Source of the DNA: Somniosus microcephalus
Taxonomy: Eukaryota
NCBI GenBank assembly: GCA_052327205.1
Contig: CM126204.1
Coordinates: 142,786,001-142,850,000 of the forward strand
DNA length: 64,000 nucleotides
Direction: 5' to 3'
The notes under the pieces are model-generated. The model saw only the letters and a list, made by a program, of their open reading frames with translations, searched no databases and was not told where the DNA came from. Position numbers and translations under genes: made by a program. Positions 12,720 through 26,594 of this stretch are shown one piece after another. The stretch's first letter is position 1; every line of letters starts with the position of its first letter.

Positions 12720-15700
12720 CTACCCCAATGTGTTTTAGAACCAACAAGGGAACAGGCCAGACTAGATTTAGTGATGAGTAACGGACCAGAATTAGTTAAC
12801 AATCTGACAGTAAGGGAACATCTTGCAAATAATGACCATATTATTACTGAATTTAATATTAAGTTTGAGAGGGTGAAGAGGGAGTCACAAATTAAGGTTT
12901 TAAATTGAATTACTGCAAACGTCGAAGGGATGAGAAATAAATTGATGACAGTAAACCTACAGACAGCGGGAAGTATTAAAGAAGTAGTTGGTATGATACA
13001 AAACCAATGCACACCCCTAAAAGGCAAAGGCTCCACTTGTGTAGTTAAGCAACCATGGTGAACAAAGTAAGAGACAGTAAACTAAAAGAAAAGGCTTACA
13101 CAAATGCAAGGAAAAGGAGAAATTCAGCAGACTGGGAGAACTATCAAAAGCAACAAGGGCGATACAAAGAAAGTAATAAAAGGTGCAAGAAGGAATATTA
13201 AAACAATCTTGCAATGGATATCAAAGCTAATAGCAGATGTTTTTTATAAATATGTTAAGAACATAAGCAATAGAAGAAGGAGTAGGCCATATGGCCCCTT
13301 GAGCCTGCTCCACCATTCAATATGATCATGGCTGAACTTCTACATCAACTCCACTTTCCCGCCATATCCCCATAGAGTCCAAAAATCTAGTAATCTCAGT
13401 CTTGAATATACTCAGCGACTGAGCATCCACAGCCCTCTGGGGTAGAGAATTCCAAAGATTCACCACCCTCTGAGTGAAGAAATTCCTCAGCTCAGTCCTA
13501 AATGGCCAACCCCTTATCCTGAGACTATGACCCCTAGTTCTAGACTCCCCAGCCAGGGGAAACAGCCTCTCAGCATCTACTCTGTCAAGCCCTCTGAGAA
13601 TTTTAAATGTTTCAATAAGATCACCTCTCGTTAGTCTAAACTACAGAGAATATAGGCCCATTCTCCTCAATCTCTCTTCACAGGACAGCCCTCTCATCCC
13701 AGAAATCAATCTATATTAAGAGAGAGAGTGGTAAAGTGGAATATGGGCCCATTAAAGTAGATGCTGGCGAGCCATTAATGGACAATAAGGGAATGGCGGA
13801 ATTGTTAAATGAGGACTTTATATCTGCTTTCACAGTGGAGAAAGAGAACAAAATACCAGTGGTACAAGGGAACCTGAAAATAAGGCAATGGATGGAACTT
13901 AGTGGATTTAATATAAGTAAAAAAAAGGTAATGGAAAAAATAATGAGGCTTACGATAGACAAATCTCTAGGACCTGATGGCTTTCACCCCAGAGTATTAT
14001 AAGAAATAAGTGAGAAAATTGCAGATGTATTAGTCATAATTTTGCAAAGCTCTCTAGATTCAGGAATTGTACCTTTGGTTTGGAAAATTGAAAATGTCAC
14101 TCCATTATTTAAGAAGGGAAAGAGAGAGAAACAAAGTAACTACAGACCTGTCAGTTTAACATCAATTGTAGGGAAGTTACTGGAATCTATCATCAGTGAT
14201 ATCTGATGGCCCTGATTTAAACTCCAGTTCCCGAATTAAAATTAAGTCGGGTCTCAATGATGTTACGGGGCCACAACATGCATATGTAAAGAAGGACCCT
14301 GTTGGCTCTGGGCGTGTGGCCTTACTGCCTGCTCAGGAGAGTAGGTTAAGATTGTAGATGTTGCGATCATGGCAGCTTTCGGACAGGTAAGAGCCAGGGC
14401 GATTTTAACTGCCCACTCGCCAGGTTTTTGCTGAGCGAGTAGGGCTAAAATCACCCCCTGAGTGACTGAGCACTTGAACAAGTATGAGCTGATCAAAGAG
14501 AGTCAACATTTGCAAAGGGTAGGTCATGTCTGATTAATTGAGTTGAGTTTTTTGAGGCCACTAGCATGGTGGATACGGGAGTGTATATGGATGTTGTCCA
14601 TAAGGCTTTTGATAAGGTTCCAAACAAGAAATTATTACCAAAAATGAAAGCGCATAAAATTGGAGGTAACTTTGTGACATAGCTTGGTAATTGGTTGAGA
14701 GGTAGGACACAGAGAGTTGGGGTAAAGGACATGTTCTCAGATTGATGGGATTTGACAAGTGGTGTCCCCCAGGGATCTGTAATGGGGGTCTCAGCTTTTT
14801 ACCATATATTATTGACTTGGATGAAGGAATAGAGACTTGTATATCCAAGTTTGCAGATGACACTAAGTTAGGAGGGACGGTAAGTTGTGTGGATAGGAGC
14901 AGGAAATTACAAAGGAACATAGATAGACTAATGGAGTGTGCAAAACTATGACAGATGGAGTTCAACGTGGGGAGTATAAGATCACCAACTTTGCATCTGG
15001 CAAAGACAAATTGGAAATTTCTCTTAATGGTGAGAAGCTAAGAGGTGTGGAGGAGCAAACAGTTTTAGGTATCCGTGCGCACAAATCACTAAAAGATAAA
15101 GAAAAAGAAAGACTTACATTTATATAGCGCCTTTCACGACCACCGGATGTCTCAAAGCACTTTACAGCCAAAGAAGTACTTTTGGAGTGTAGTCACTGTT
15201 GTAGTGTGGGAAACACGGCAGCCAATTTGCACACAGCAAGCTCCCACAAACAGCAATGTGATAATGACCAGATAATCTGGTTTTTTTTTGTTATTTGATT
15301 GAGGGATAAATATTGGCCAGCACACCGTGGATAACTCCCCTGCTCTTCTTTGAAATAGCACCATGGGATCTTTTACGTCCACCTGAGAGAACAGACGGGG
15401 CCTCGGTTTAACGTCTCATCCGACAGACGGCACCTCTGACAGTGCAGCACTCCCTCAGCACTGCACTGGAGTGTCAGCCTAGATTTTATGTGCTCAAGTC
15501 CCTGGAGTGGGACTTGAACCCACAAACCTTCATGACTCAGAGATGAGTGTGAGTGTGCTACCCACTGAGCCACAGCTGACACAAGAACAAAAATGAATTA
15601 AAAAAGCTAATGGGATGTTGGTTTTTATCTCAAGGGGGGTGAAATTCAAAAGTGAGGAAATGATGCTTCAGTTGTACAGAGCCATAGCTAGACCTCATCT

Positions 15701-16185
15701 GGAGTACTACGTTCAGTTTTGGGCACCGAACCTCAGGAGATTCAAAATGATAGCGGGGCGTAAAAGGTTAAATTATGCCTAAACTTGGTTTGTATTTCTT
15801 TGAGTTTAGAGTTGATCCAATTGAGGTCTTTAAAAATGATAAAGGGATTCGATAGGGTAGCTAGAGAGAAACTATTTACTCTGGTGGGGAAATCCAGGAC
15901 AAGGGGGCACAATCGTAAAATTAGAGTTGGGTGGGAAATCAGGAAGTACTTTTTGACCTAAAGGGTAGCAAAAATCTGGAAGTCTCTCCCCCAAAAGGCT
16001 GTGGTTGCTGGATCAATTGACACTTTCAAGACTAAGATCAAAAGATTTTTGTTAGGCATGGGTATCAAGGGATTTGGAGCAAATGTGGGTAAATGGAGTT
16101 GAGGTACAAATCAACCATGATCTAATTGAATGATGGAATAGGTCTGAGGGTCTGAATGGCCTACTCTTGTTCCTATATTCCTATT
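12720..16185 (+). mobile_element. Decayed CR1 LINE ORF2, interrupted by an antisense CR1 3' piece (13262-13710), a MITE (~14208-14458) and a Deu-SINE (~15095-15580)
   Basis: EPTREQARLDLV, GPDGFHPRVL, SKFADDTKLGG fragments and a CR1 3' tail near 16150-16185. Confidence 0.8.
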
Positions 16186-16994
16186 GTAACAGCAAACAAA
16201 CTCAAAGATAGCTAGAAATAGGCTTTTTTACTGCATCTGTATAAGTTCAGTGTAGGCCCTTTAAATTTTCTTCTGCCTTCTCCGTGACAATCCTTAACCC
16301 CCGTTTTGTGCTGGTGTGCATATAAATGAGCACAAAATAGAAATGATGGAAAATGGGATGTCTGACACCATCACACCACTGAAAACGTTGGAGAAAATGG
16401 GGCGGGTTGTAAAGTGGCCAGGAATCCACTGGTACAGGTCTCCGTCCCGTTTCTTGCTGCCACCCACCGAATTAGTGGCCAAAATGATCAGGAAATGGCC
16501 ACTGGAGGCTCAAGCCTTTTACTTGTTGCTGAATACTGGTCAGCAGATTTAACAGGCCTCTTCTACACGCAACAACTATTCACCAAACAAGTGAATGAGT
16601 GACATAAGTTCATGGAGAGATCTTTTATTCCAAAGCATGTGATTCATGCACTTTCTTTCACTGTGTGAAGTATCTGGTTACTAGGCTAGGGGAATGCCAG
16701 TACTAATTCTTAATGGGGCATGTACCCAAGCTTTATGCTTCAGAGTTGAAGAAACATAAAATTAAGTAGAATAGCAACAAATGTAGTAATCACGCAACAC
16801 CTTTGTCTGCCTCTCAGTTTTGTCTTTACAAATGGGTAAAATAGGCAAGCCTGTTTATTTTTTCCATTAGGCAAAGAAATCAGGCATAAAAGACTCAAAA
16901 TCCAATTATATGAAACCATGTGATGTGCTTGAAGATCACCTATCAAGGTAGCAGATTCATACCAGCAATAAAATGCACTCTGAAACTATTACAT

Positions 16995-17620
16995 TACATA
17001 GAATTTCCAGCAAAGAAACAGGCCACTTAGCCCAACTGGTTCATGCCGATGTTTGTACTCCACATGAGCCTCCTCCCGCCCTGCTACCTCTAACCCTATC
17101 AACATATCCTTCAACTCCTCTATGCCTCACGCACTTATCTAGCTTCCCCCTAGATGCATCTATGCTATTCACCTTAACTTTTCCCTGTGGTAGCGAGCTC
17201 CACATTCTAACCACTCTCTGGGTAAAGACATTTCTCCTGAATTCTTTACTGAATTTTTTAGTGACAATGTTTAACTTATGGCCCTTAGTTTTGGACTCCC
17301 CCCCCCCCCTCCCCCCCCCACAAGTTGAAACATCTTCTCTACGTGTACCCTGTCAAATCACTTCATAATTTTAGGTCAGCCTTCTCTTTTCTAGAGAGAA
17401 GAGCCCCAGCCTGTTCAGTTTTTCCTGATAGTTATAACCTCTCAGTTTTGGTATCATACGTGTAAATCTTTTTTGCACCTTCTCCAGTGCCCCTATCTCC
17501 TTTTTGTAATATGGAGACCAGAACTGTGCACAGTGCTCCAAGTGTGGTCTAACCAAGGTTCTACACAAGTTTAACATAACCTCTCTGCTTTTCAATTCTA
17601 TTCCTCTAGAAATTAACCCC
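16995..17620 (-). mobile_element. CR1 3' fragment (others ~20475-20925 -, 22170-23110 +, 58425-58650 +, 61075-61600 -)
   Basis: RTLVRPHLEHCAQFWSPYYKK...LGLFSLEKRRL and CR1 3' UTR motif. Confidence 0.8.
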
Positions 17621-18766
17621 ATGCAAAGGGTTCTTAAGTTGCTGCCAAATTACTAGCACAAAGCATAATTCAAGACACGCTTCAAAAACCCAAAGCTGAG
17701 TGGAACGTGGCCACTGACAGATTGTTAATCAGTGAGGGCTTTGTACATGGAATTGTCGTTGAAGAGTTAAAACTGAAATAATTTAGACACTTATCTTCAC
17801 AAAACTGAGAAATGCAACGAAAGAATGAAGCAACAGAAAAACGCTGAAAGAGTCCAACCCAATAACAATTTCATGTCAATGCAGAAAGGCACAATATACA
17901 CAGTAGGACTAGCCGGCCAAGGTTGCACATCACACTGCTGCACAAAAGTCCAGATTTATAGACCGGAGCTTATTTTCCACCAGAAGAATTAAACTATTTG
18001 CCGATGATTAATGGATCTTTCACATCGACTCCGCAATCCCCTACAGGCTCATGAAAATGATTTGTCACCTTAGCTTTTCTGCAAGCTAGCCAACAGCTGA
18101 CTGATTCAATTTACGATTCTTCTTCATTGGAATTGAGGGAAAGGACAACTTCAAAAGACAATTAAATGAAACTGCTTCACCAGTATTATATGACCAGTAA
18201 CCTGTCATATGAAAATATGATCCTAAACAGTAATTAAAAGGTCGGGTGGGGTGGGGGGATCTGAGTGGGTTAGCACACTGCACCAACACCTCGTTGACCT
18301 GAATTTGAATCCAGTTCAGGTTTTTGGGAAAGTTTCTTCCTGCTGGATACAAGACCCTTGTAAAATTCAAATGAGTTTCAAAGTGTCAACCCAATTGCTA
18401 CTAATGTGGTCCCATAACATTAAACTTTAGGCAATTAATTAGCACTAGACTGGTAATCTCACTGCAATTCAATGCAAATGCCATACCATGGAGTAGGGCG
18501 TAGAGGCTGGAGATGAGGCACATTGTTGTAACAGTATAGGAGATTTATTCTCTCAGCTGATTGCGCGGCAGCTAACCAGGGAGAACTTGATGTTGGCACT
18601 GGGCCCCTGACTGTACATCTTGGGACACTAGTGTACAAACACTAATGCATTCTTCTGAAATCCCTCTCTCCGCCATTTTTGCAGGGGTGTTAACCATTTA
18701 AAATGTGGTTTAACATCCACATTAAAATGGTTGAGAGAGGAATTTCAGATAAATGTATTAAGGGTG

Positions 18767-19004
18767 TGTGATAATAATAATAACTTCCAGGAAGTTATGT
18801 CATCACTTCCTGTGAACTGTGAACTATGAACTGTGTACATACCTCACTTCCTGTTGGACTGGTATAAATACTGGACTGTTCAGTATTGTAAGAGGCTTCT
18901 ACCAGAGGCATGGTAAAGACCTCTCTTGTATATAGTGTGTTTGTAAGTTGCTTAAAGCTTACCTTAAAGTTACTTGATGTGTAAGACTCCTTTTTCTTAC
19001 ATCA
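18767..19004. mobile_element. Solo LTR (238 bp) inside an old palindromic element (~18614-19033)
   Basis: TG...CA termini, exact 5-bp TSD GGGTG, internal TATAAATA; flanks rejoin into a long imperfect palindrome. Confidence 0.75.
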
Positions 19005-20232
19005 GGGTGTGTATACTATTCTGCCCTGATGTATTTCAGCACCAGGATGCCATAAAATGGGAAATATTCCATTCTCCACTTTTAACCTTTTTAAATCTAT
19101 ATATAAATATATACATTTGTGTCCATCCAATGCCTGCCCATCCACCTATTCATTTCCAGTCATCTAGGTTCTGTGCCAACCATGTCTCAGCTCTGATTGG
19201 CCTCTGTATTGTTGATCATGTGGTTACTAGGGACCAATCAACTGTAACATTCAGTACACTGCCATCTTGCTTCATGTCCTGTACAATTGTGCAGGGGCTG
19301 CTTCAGCCTCACCTGGCCTAATCTGCTTTCCAAGTGTCGAACCCCAGTGTGCTCCTTCAATCTCTAGGCCTCAGCTTCTTATTCTTAGGCTGCGCTCTTT
19401 CCCACCTTCCATACACACCCCTGCCCTAGTCTCCCTGCTCACTGAGCCTCAGCGTTGAGTTCCTACTTTCCAAGTCTTAAACTGGAAAGATAGGGGAAAA
19501 GACCAAAGGAGGAAGAGAGAGAGGGGGAAAAAGTCAAACAGAGAGACAGCAACAACAACAACTTGCATTTATCTAGCACCTTTAATGTAGTAAAACGTCC
19601 CAAGATGCTTCCCAGGAGCGTTATCAAACAAAATTTGACACCAAGGTACATAAGGAGATAATGGGCAGAAAGCTTGGTCAAAGAGGTAGGTTTTAAGGAG
19701 TGCCTTAAAGGAGGAAAGAGAGGTAGAGAGGCGGAGAAGTTTAGGGATGGAATTCCAGAGCTGAGGGCCTAGGCAGCTGAAGGCACGGCCGCCAATGGTG
19801 GAGCGATTAAAATCGGAGATGCTCAAGAGGCCAGAATTGGAGGAGCGCAGATATCTCGAGGGTTGTAGGACAGATATGGTAATGAGAGAAAATGTATGAG
19901 CGTTCTACAGAGTAAGAAGGAGACCAAAAAAAAGTGGAATACGAACAGAAAGACAGCGAAAAAGACAATTACAAGGAGGGAGAGAAAGAAAAAAGTCCGT
20001 GAGCATTGCCAAGCGAGATCAGCCAATAAATAAATAAAATTGAATTCACTATTTATTGAGTAGAAACAGTCTTAAACACTGTGAGCAAGAGAATCTTCCA
20101 ACAAGTAACAATGACCTGATAAAAGAAGGAACAGTTCTGCTGAGTGTTAAAATCTTTTATGACACATTGTATCTGCTTTAAACCGAATTACTGTTGTGTA
20201 CTTGTGCAGTAAAAGATGAAAACATTTCTTAC

Positions 20233-20342
20233 ATCTTTCTTTTCTTCTTCCTCATCTTCTAGAGTTAGAGCCACTAGCTGTTGTGCTCTCTGTTCCATCA
20301 GGTTCACATATCTAATAGGATTAGACAGTGCCTCGATCACAT
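20233..20342 (-). CDS. PLCB1: PLCB1 coding exon, proximal CTD / G-alpha-q binding helix (110 bp)
   Basis: tacag|ATGT...AGAT|gtaaga. Encodes (D)[36 protein letters not shown] and ends in phase 0. Confidence 0.95.
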
Positions 20343-21084
20343 CTGTAAGGATAAATGAAACTGAACTTGATGAAAACTGGCAGGATTTATATTAGTCTGT
20401 AGATCATATTCTCAGTAGGGGGGATGATTTAATTAATTAAAATTGTGTAAAAAGACTTTTAAATCACATTGCAATAAGAACATAAGAATTAGGAGCAGGA
20501 GTAGGCCATTTGGGCCCTCGGGCCTGCTCCGCCATTCAGTAAGATCATGGCTGATCTGATCTTGGCCTCAACTCCACTTTCCTGCCCGCTCCCCATAACC
20601 CTTGCCTCCCCTGTAGCTCAAATATCTGTCTCTCTCAGCCTTGAATATATTCAATGACTCCGCCTCCACAGCTCTCTGGGGAAGAGAATTCCAAAGATTC
20701 ACGACCCTCTGAGAGAAGAAATTCCTCCTCATTTCTGTCTTAAATGGGCAACCCCTTATCCTGAAACTACACCCCCTAGTTCTAGATTCCCCCACGAGGG
20801 GAAACATCCTCTCAGTATCTACCCTGTCGAGCCCCCTCAGAAACATATGTTTCAATAAGATCACCTCTCATTCTTCTAAACTCCAATGAGTATAGGCCCA
20901 ACCTGCTCAACCTTTCCTCATAAGATCTTTCTTTTAAACACTTGCATATTAATTGTAATAGAAAAATAGATGTGATTAGATTGGCCAGCAAAAGTGTTAC
21001 TGGATTTGTTCTTCCGTTGTTTACCACTGGTCTCAGTTTTGCTCACAACCTAAAACAAAAGAGAACTAAGCAGCTCATTTTTAC

Positions 21085-21189
21085 CTGCAAAAGTATCAGG
21101 GACATAATCCTTAACCTCTATGTGTACAAAGAGAGCAGGAAGCATCAGGGGCTGGTTCCGTTCATTTCTTAGACAGATATAGTGATAAC
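21085..21189 (-). CDS. PLCB1: PLCB1 coding exon, end of C2 (105 bp)
   Basis: tttag|GTTA...GCAG|gtaaaa. Encodes (G)[34 protein letters not shown](D). Confidence 0.95.
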
Positions 21190-21296
21190 CTAAAATATAG
21201 CAGACAGCAACGTTACGGAGAGGAGATGGTAAACTGTAATAAAATAAATCCTCATCAACAGTTGTGGAAACGTATATGGAACGTGGCTCTGCTTAC

Positions 21297-21396
21297 CTGG
21301 TCGAATAGCTTGTACAGGCAATATTCGGTGGCCTATAAATTTACCTCCTTCTTCATAGACAGATATCCGCAATGAAGACAAAGATGGCAGCACAAC
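21297..21396 (-). CDS. PLCB1: PLCB1 coding exon, C2 domain (100 bp)
   Basis: ttcag|GTTG...CCAG|gtaagc. Encodes [33 protein letters not shown](G). Confidence 0.95.
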
Positions 21397-22387
21397 CTGA
21401 AAAGGAGATGTGTTTCCACTTAAAAAAACACATTTTAGGAAATCATTGTAATTTCAGAGAATTATTGGGACAGTTTGAACTATATTGATTCAAATAATAT
21501 GAAAGAGATTGCCGATATTTTTAAAAAAGTTTTCAAAAGCATATTGTAAATTATTAAGTGTATTTCAAAATATGTTCTGATTAATCACTTATTTTTTCTG
21601 TCCGTAATAAAAAAACGTTAAATATTGAATTTACAAAACAGCTTTAGTCATCTGAGAACTACTGTACTGACACAGCTACTCAGTTCAAGTGGCTGACAAA
21701 ACAAATCTTTACAGAATGATCTTCGGTCAACGAAAACCCCGCTTCCTTCAACTTGCTCCAACCTTCCAAAATGACCTTGCTCCAGAAGAAGAAAAAAGCC
21801 AAGTAAAAGATATGAAACATACTTTTTTTTTTAGGGGGATCATAGTTAGGGAGGATAGCCTAGGTCAAATTAGGTTAAAAAGGTCAAACTAATAACTAAT
21901 AAAAAAAATAACTGGACAGAGCACAGAAAAGAAGGAATGGGGGAAATAGGAATGACAAGTTGAACTGAAGTGCTTTTGTTAGCTTTGTGTTTTGTGTGTT
22001 TTAATATGTTGGGGCTAAAGTTACAGTAATTAAAGCTATTCTTGATGCTTGACGAGTTTTATTACTGCAATGTTCTTTAGTCAATCAGCAGCACTCAGAT
22101 GGCTCTCCAATGGCCGAGATGAAAATATCCTTGGCAAGCTGGTTCCATTCCAAAAGAAATAACAAAGGAACCTGACTTACGAGGAGAGATTACACAAACT
22201 AGGGTTCTATTCCTTGGAATTTAAACGGTTAAGGGGTGATCTGATCGAAGTTTTCAAGATATTAAGGGGAACAGAGAGGGTAAATAGAGAGAAACTATTT
22301 CCGCTGGTTGGGGATCCTAGGACTTGGGGGCATATTTTAAAAATTAGAGCCAGACCTTTCAGGAATGAAGTTCGGAAACACGTCTAC

Positions 22388-22932
22388 CTCTTTCTCTTAG
22401 GCAGTCCCTCGGAACCGAGGATGACTTGCTTCCACATTAAAAATGAGTTCGCAGGTGACTGATGAGTCCAATGCAGGACCTACAGTCTCTGTCACAGGTG
22501 GGGCAGACGGTGGTTGAAGGGACAGGTGGGTGGGGTGCTTGGGTTGTCGAGCGCTCCTTGTGCTTGGCTTCCACTTGCTCCCGGCGAAGAGACTCGAGGT
22601 GTTCGGCGCCTTTCCGGATGCTTCTCCTCCACTTTGTGCGGTCTTGGGCCAGGGATTCCCAGGTGTCGGTGGGGATGTTACACTTTTTCAAGGAGGCTTT
22701 GAGGGTGTCCTTGAAGCGTTTCCTCTGCCCACCTGGGGCTCTCTTGCCGTGCCGGAGCTCCGAGTAGAGCGCTTGTTTTGGGAGTCTCGTATCAGGCATG
22801 CGGACAATGTGACACGTGCATCGGAGCTGATTGAGCGTGGTCAAAGCTTCGATGCTGGGGATGTTGGCCCGAGCAAGAGCACTGACGTTGGTGCGCCTAT
22901 CCTGCCAATGGATTTGCAGGATCTTGCAGGAT
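22388..22932 (-). mobile_element. RTE (BovB-type) LINE 3' fragment inserted in a CR1
   Basis: ILQIHWQDRRTN...RLPKQALYSELRHGKRAPGGQRKRFKDTLK and terminal CPTC..HLRTH zinc finger. Confidence 0.85.
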
Positions 22933-24609
22933 CTACACACAAAGGGTGGTAGAAGTTTTGAACTCTCTTCCACAAATGGCAATTGGTGCTGCGTCAATTG
23001 TCAATTTTAAACCTGCGATTGATAGATTTCTGTTAACCAAAGGTTTTAAGGGATATAGGTTGCAGATCAGCCATGATCTCATTGAATGGCCTACTCCTCT
23101 TCCTATGTTTATGTAGAGACTTAACACTATCTTCCAAACGGCCCAACCATTTTACAACACAAGGACTACGTCCGAAGTGCAGTCAGTAATTTAGGCAAGT
23201 ACGGCAGTAAATTTCTGGAGGGTGGGAGCCACACACAATAAATGAATGAATGAAATGAAACAGAAAGGGAGGAAATCTTCAAATTCTGCCCATCGGGAGG
23301 CCCGAACCATTTTCAAATTCGAGCCTCATGTGAATGACTGAACTGGTCAGCAAGTAAGGCTGAGGGGGAGCTGTTCCCAGAGGGGAGCGAGCATACGTCG
23401 ACAGCGGGCCATTGTCACTTTCTGTGGAGCCAGTAGGAGCACTCTGGAAAATAATTTCTTGAAGAAGCCTAACCTGTGTTGGGAGCCTCAGGCTCAATTT
23501 GGAGTTCTGGACTTTGAATTACTGGGTTGGATTTTACCTAATATTTTTTCCCGCAAATGTATAAATAATTTCCAATTGTCTTAGTTCCTCCCGATTTACT
23601 CCTTGTCATTTTGTGTACAGAATGTAGGATTGAAGAACCTACCCTTCTGAGTCTTATGAACACCATCACATTTTGGAGGGGGGTGGGTGGGGTGGTTGTG
23701 CATCACATATCATGTTTTTTTTAAATGACTGGCAGCTGGACTAGCCATTCACAGAACATACCAGGACTTGCTGTTTGCACCCTCTTCTCTAATGATGGAA
23801 AACCCCACAAGCCTGAAAGATAACTCAATATTATGGAGACAACATAAACAATGAACTTTTGTACTTTATCTGAGGTAATTAAATAGATACAGGAGATTCG
23901 TTGTTTATGCAATTCATGTTAATCAACACAGGTATGTTTGTATTTACTATTCTTACTTTCCCTGTCATTCCCTTCACCAGCGAATTTGGTTTGGTTTTTG
24001 CTCTAAATGTGCAGGCCTGGGTTTAGATGTCTGGGGTCCTTGGACTTCATTGCATTGTTAGTAAACCTGATCAGCAATTAAACGTATTGTCACTTTACCA
24101 CCACCCACCCCCAGCCCCCTGCCCCCACCATGCATCCCCTATGTTCCTGGACAAATGAATGATGGGCCCACGCTGTTATTATACAGCTGAGGAGTAAACC
24201 AATGGGGAGGATTGAGGCAGATAGTTTGTGAAGGTCAACCGTCTGTCTACCTTGACTGCTCCCAGGTCTGCCCCTTGCTTGCTTGCCCCAAGAGCTTCTG
24301 CCCGCTTCCCCACCCTAATAGGATACGGGCAGCAGAGTTTTGGAGGAGCTCGAGTTTATGGAGTGTAGAAGATGGGAGGCGGGCCAGGAGAGCGTTGGAA
24401 AAAGGGAGCTGCTTACGTATGTACAGGAATTTATTGAGGTTGAGTCAGCTGGACGGCTGCAGAATCCTGTTCATCAGTCTGAAATAAATGCCTGTACCTC
24501 TCCTGTTCAAATGAACTCTGAATCAAATGTAGCTGACACCTCTGAACTAATTTTTAAAAAGTGCTCGATACCTTTCGAGCCTGGGAAGGACAAAGAGGTC
24601 ACAAAAGTT

Positions 24610-24790
24610 AGAAATAAAAAAACGAAACAGCTTGGAAATACTCAGCAGGTCGGAAATACTCAGCAGGTCAGCCAGCATCTGTGGAGAGAGTTCTGACGAA
24701 GGGTCATCGACTTGAAACGTTAACTCTGTTTCTCTCTCCACAGATGCTGCCTGACCCGCTGAGTATTTTCAGCATTTTCTGTTCTAATTT
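24610..24790 (+). mobile_element. Penelope-associated terminal fragment with minimal hammerhead-like motif (related copies ~28000-28130, 62350-63000)
   Basis: Inverted arms cagcatctgtggagagag...ctctctccacagatgctg around CTGACGA..GAAACGTT. Confidence 0.6.
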
Positions 24791-26261
24791 AAGATAGAGG
24801 AGTATATGGGACAGACAAGAGGACATCACATCCACAGGAGGATAAAATCAGAGGAAAGTGGGCAAGCAATAAATAAGCAAGGCTCTTCTGCGCACACAGA
24901 GATCCCTGAAGTATCTGGGAGTCCTTCACTGGATTTCAGATTGCCAGCATCTGGAGTATTTTGCTTTTACAAAAGTTAGAAAGATACTTTAGACTAAAAA
25001 CTTACAAGGTTGATTTTTGGCTTGATTACAAGCCCACAAATTACTTATGTCAAATCGCTGCTCATAATGAACATAATGGCCCAAATTTTGTGGTCAGCGG
25101 CGAAGTGACAGCGCTCACCGCTGACCACAAAGATCTAGCGATCTCTGTGGAGTGGATTTCACCTTTCCCAACGTGAATTTCATTCTGGCACCAAGTCTAG
25201 GGGATCTCCAGTGTCCAGCAGCAGTGACGTCATCAAGCAAGCTAAGCAGCCAATCACATTGAAGAATTCTCACAGACAGCAAACCAGGAAGTAAAAAGCA
25301 CTGGTTATCCTTTACTTTTTTAATTATGTTACAGAGAGCAAAATAAAGATTGGGACAAACACAACGGATTAAGGTAGAAGCTGAAATATCATAAACTTAA
25401 AAAAAAATTATAAAAATCTATGGGAATTTCTATCATAATGGAGAAATTTGACATTCCACAAATATAAAATTAGTTTTTCAGGGCCATAGAGGTTGTTCAG
25501 CAGCAATTATGATGAGTATAAGCCATGGCTTAGTTGGCAGCTCTCTTGCCTCTGAGTTAGAAGGTTGTGGGTTCAAGTCCCACTCCAGAGACTTGAGCAC
25601 AAAAATTTAGGCTGACACATCAACACACCATGGCAGTACTGAGGGAGTGCTGTACTGTCGGAGGTGCTGTATTTCAGATGAGATGTTAAACCGAGGCCCT
25701 ATCTACTCTCTCAGGTGGACGTAAAAGATCCCATGGCACTATTTCGAAGAAGAGCAGGGGAGTTATCCCCAGTAACCTGGCCAATATTTATCCCTCAATC
25801 ATATAGGATTACAGAGGATATACAGCATAGAAACAGGTCATTCGGTCTAACCAATCCATGCCAACCTTTATGCTCCACTTGAGCCTTCTCCCATCTTTCC
25901 TCATCTAAATCTATCAGCATACTTCTCTATTCCCTTCTCCCTCATATGCTTATCTAGCCTCCTCTTAAATGCATCCATACTATTCGCTTCAACCACTCCA
26001 TGTGGTAGCGAGATCCACATTCTCAACACTCTTTGGGTAAAGAAGTTTCTTCTGAATTCCCTATTTGATTTCTTGGTGACTATCTTATATTTACGGCCTC
26101 TAGTTTTGCTCTTCCCCACAAGTGGAAACTCTCTGTGTCTACTCTATCAAAACCTTTCATAATTTTAAAGACCTCTATTAGGTCACCCCTCAGCCTTCTC
26201 TCCCAGCCTGTTCATCCTTTCCTGATAGGTATAACCCCACATTTCTGGTATCACCCTTGTA

Positions 26262-26594
26262 CAGGAAACTTTGGTTTATCCGAAGGTTGTATGTCCGGAA
26301 ACCTCGATCTACCGGCAGAAATCAGGAGCCGTTTAGTTCGGTTTTTTTTCTTCTCGTGGCTTTGTTTTCAACAGTCGGGCTCTGGAAAGTCTCTCTGAAG
26401 CTGTTGCTAAGCTACAGAGACGTTTCCAAGGTACGGGCCGACTGTTTACAAGCTGTTGCTAAGCAACAGTGTTTGTTGTCAGATACGGAGATGAAAACCT
26501 CCGTCTGTTTCAACATTAACTTTGTATGTCCGACAGTTTTGATAGATCGGCAACAGCTCGGTCCCGTCGGTGCCGGATATAACAAAGTTTCCTG
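26262..26594. mobile_element. Tc1/mariner (pogo/Tigger-like) MITE
   Basis: TA|caggaaactttggtttatccg...cggatataacaaagtttcctg|TA; CR1 flanks rejoin. Confidence 0.8.

Noticed and set aside
25521-25600. tRNA gene (also ~15505-15580 and 32545-32630)
   Set aside because: tRNA-derived heads continuous with SINE or LINE bodies; no complete cloverleaf.
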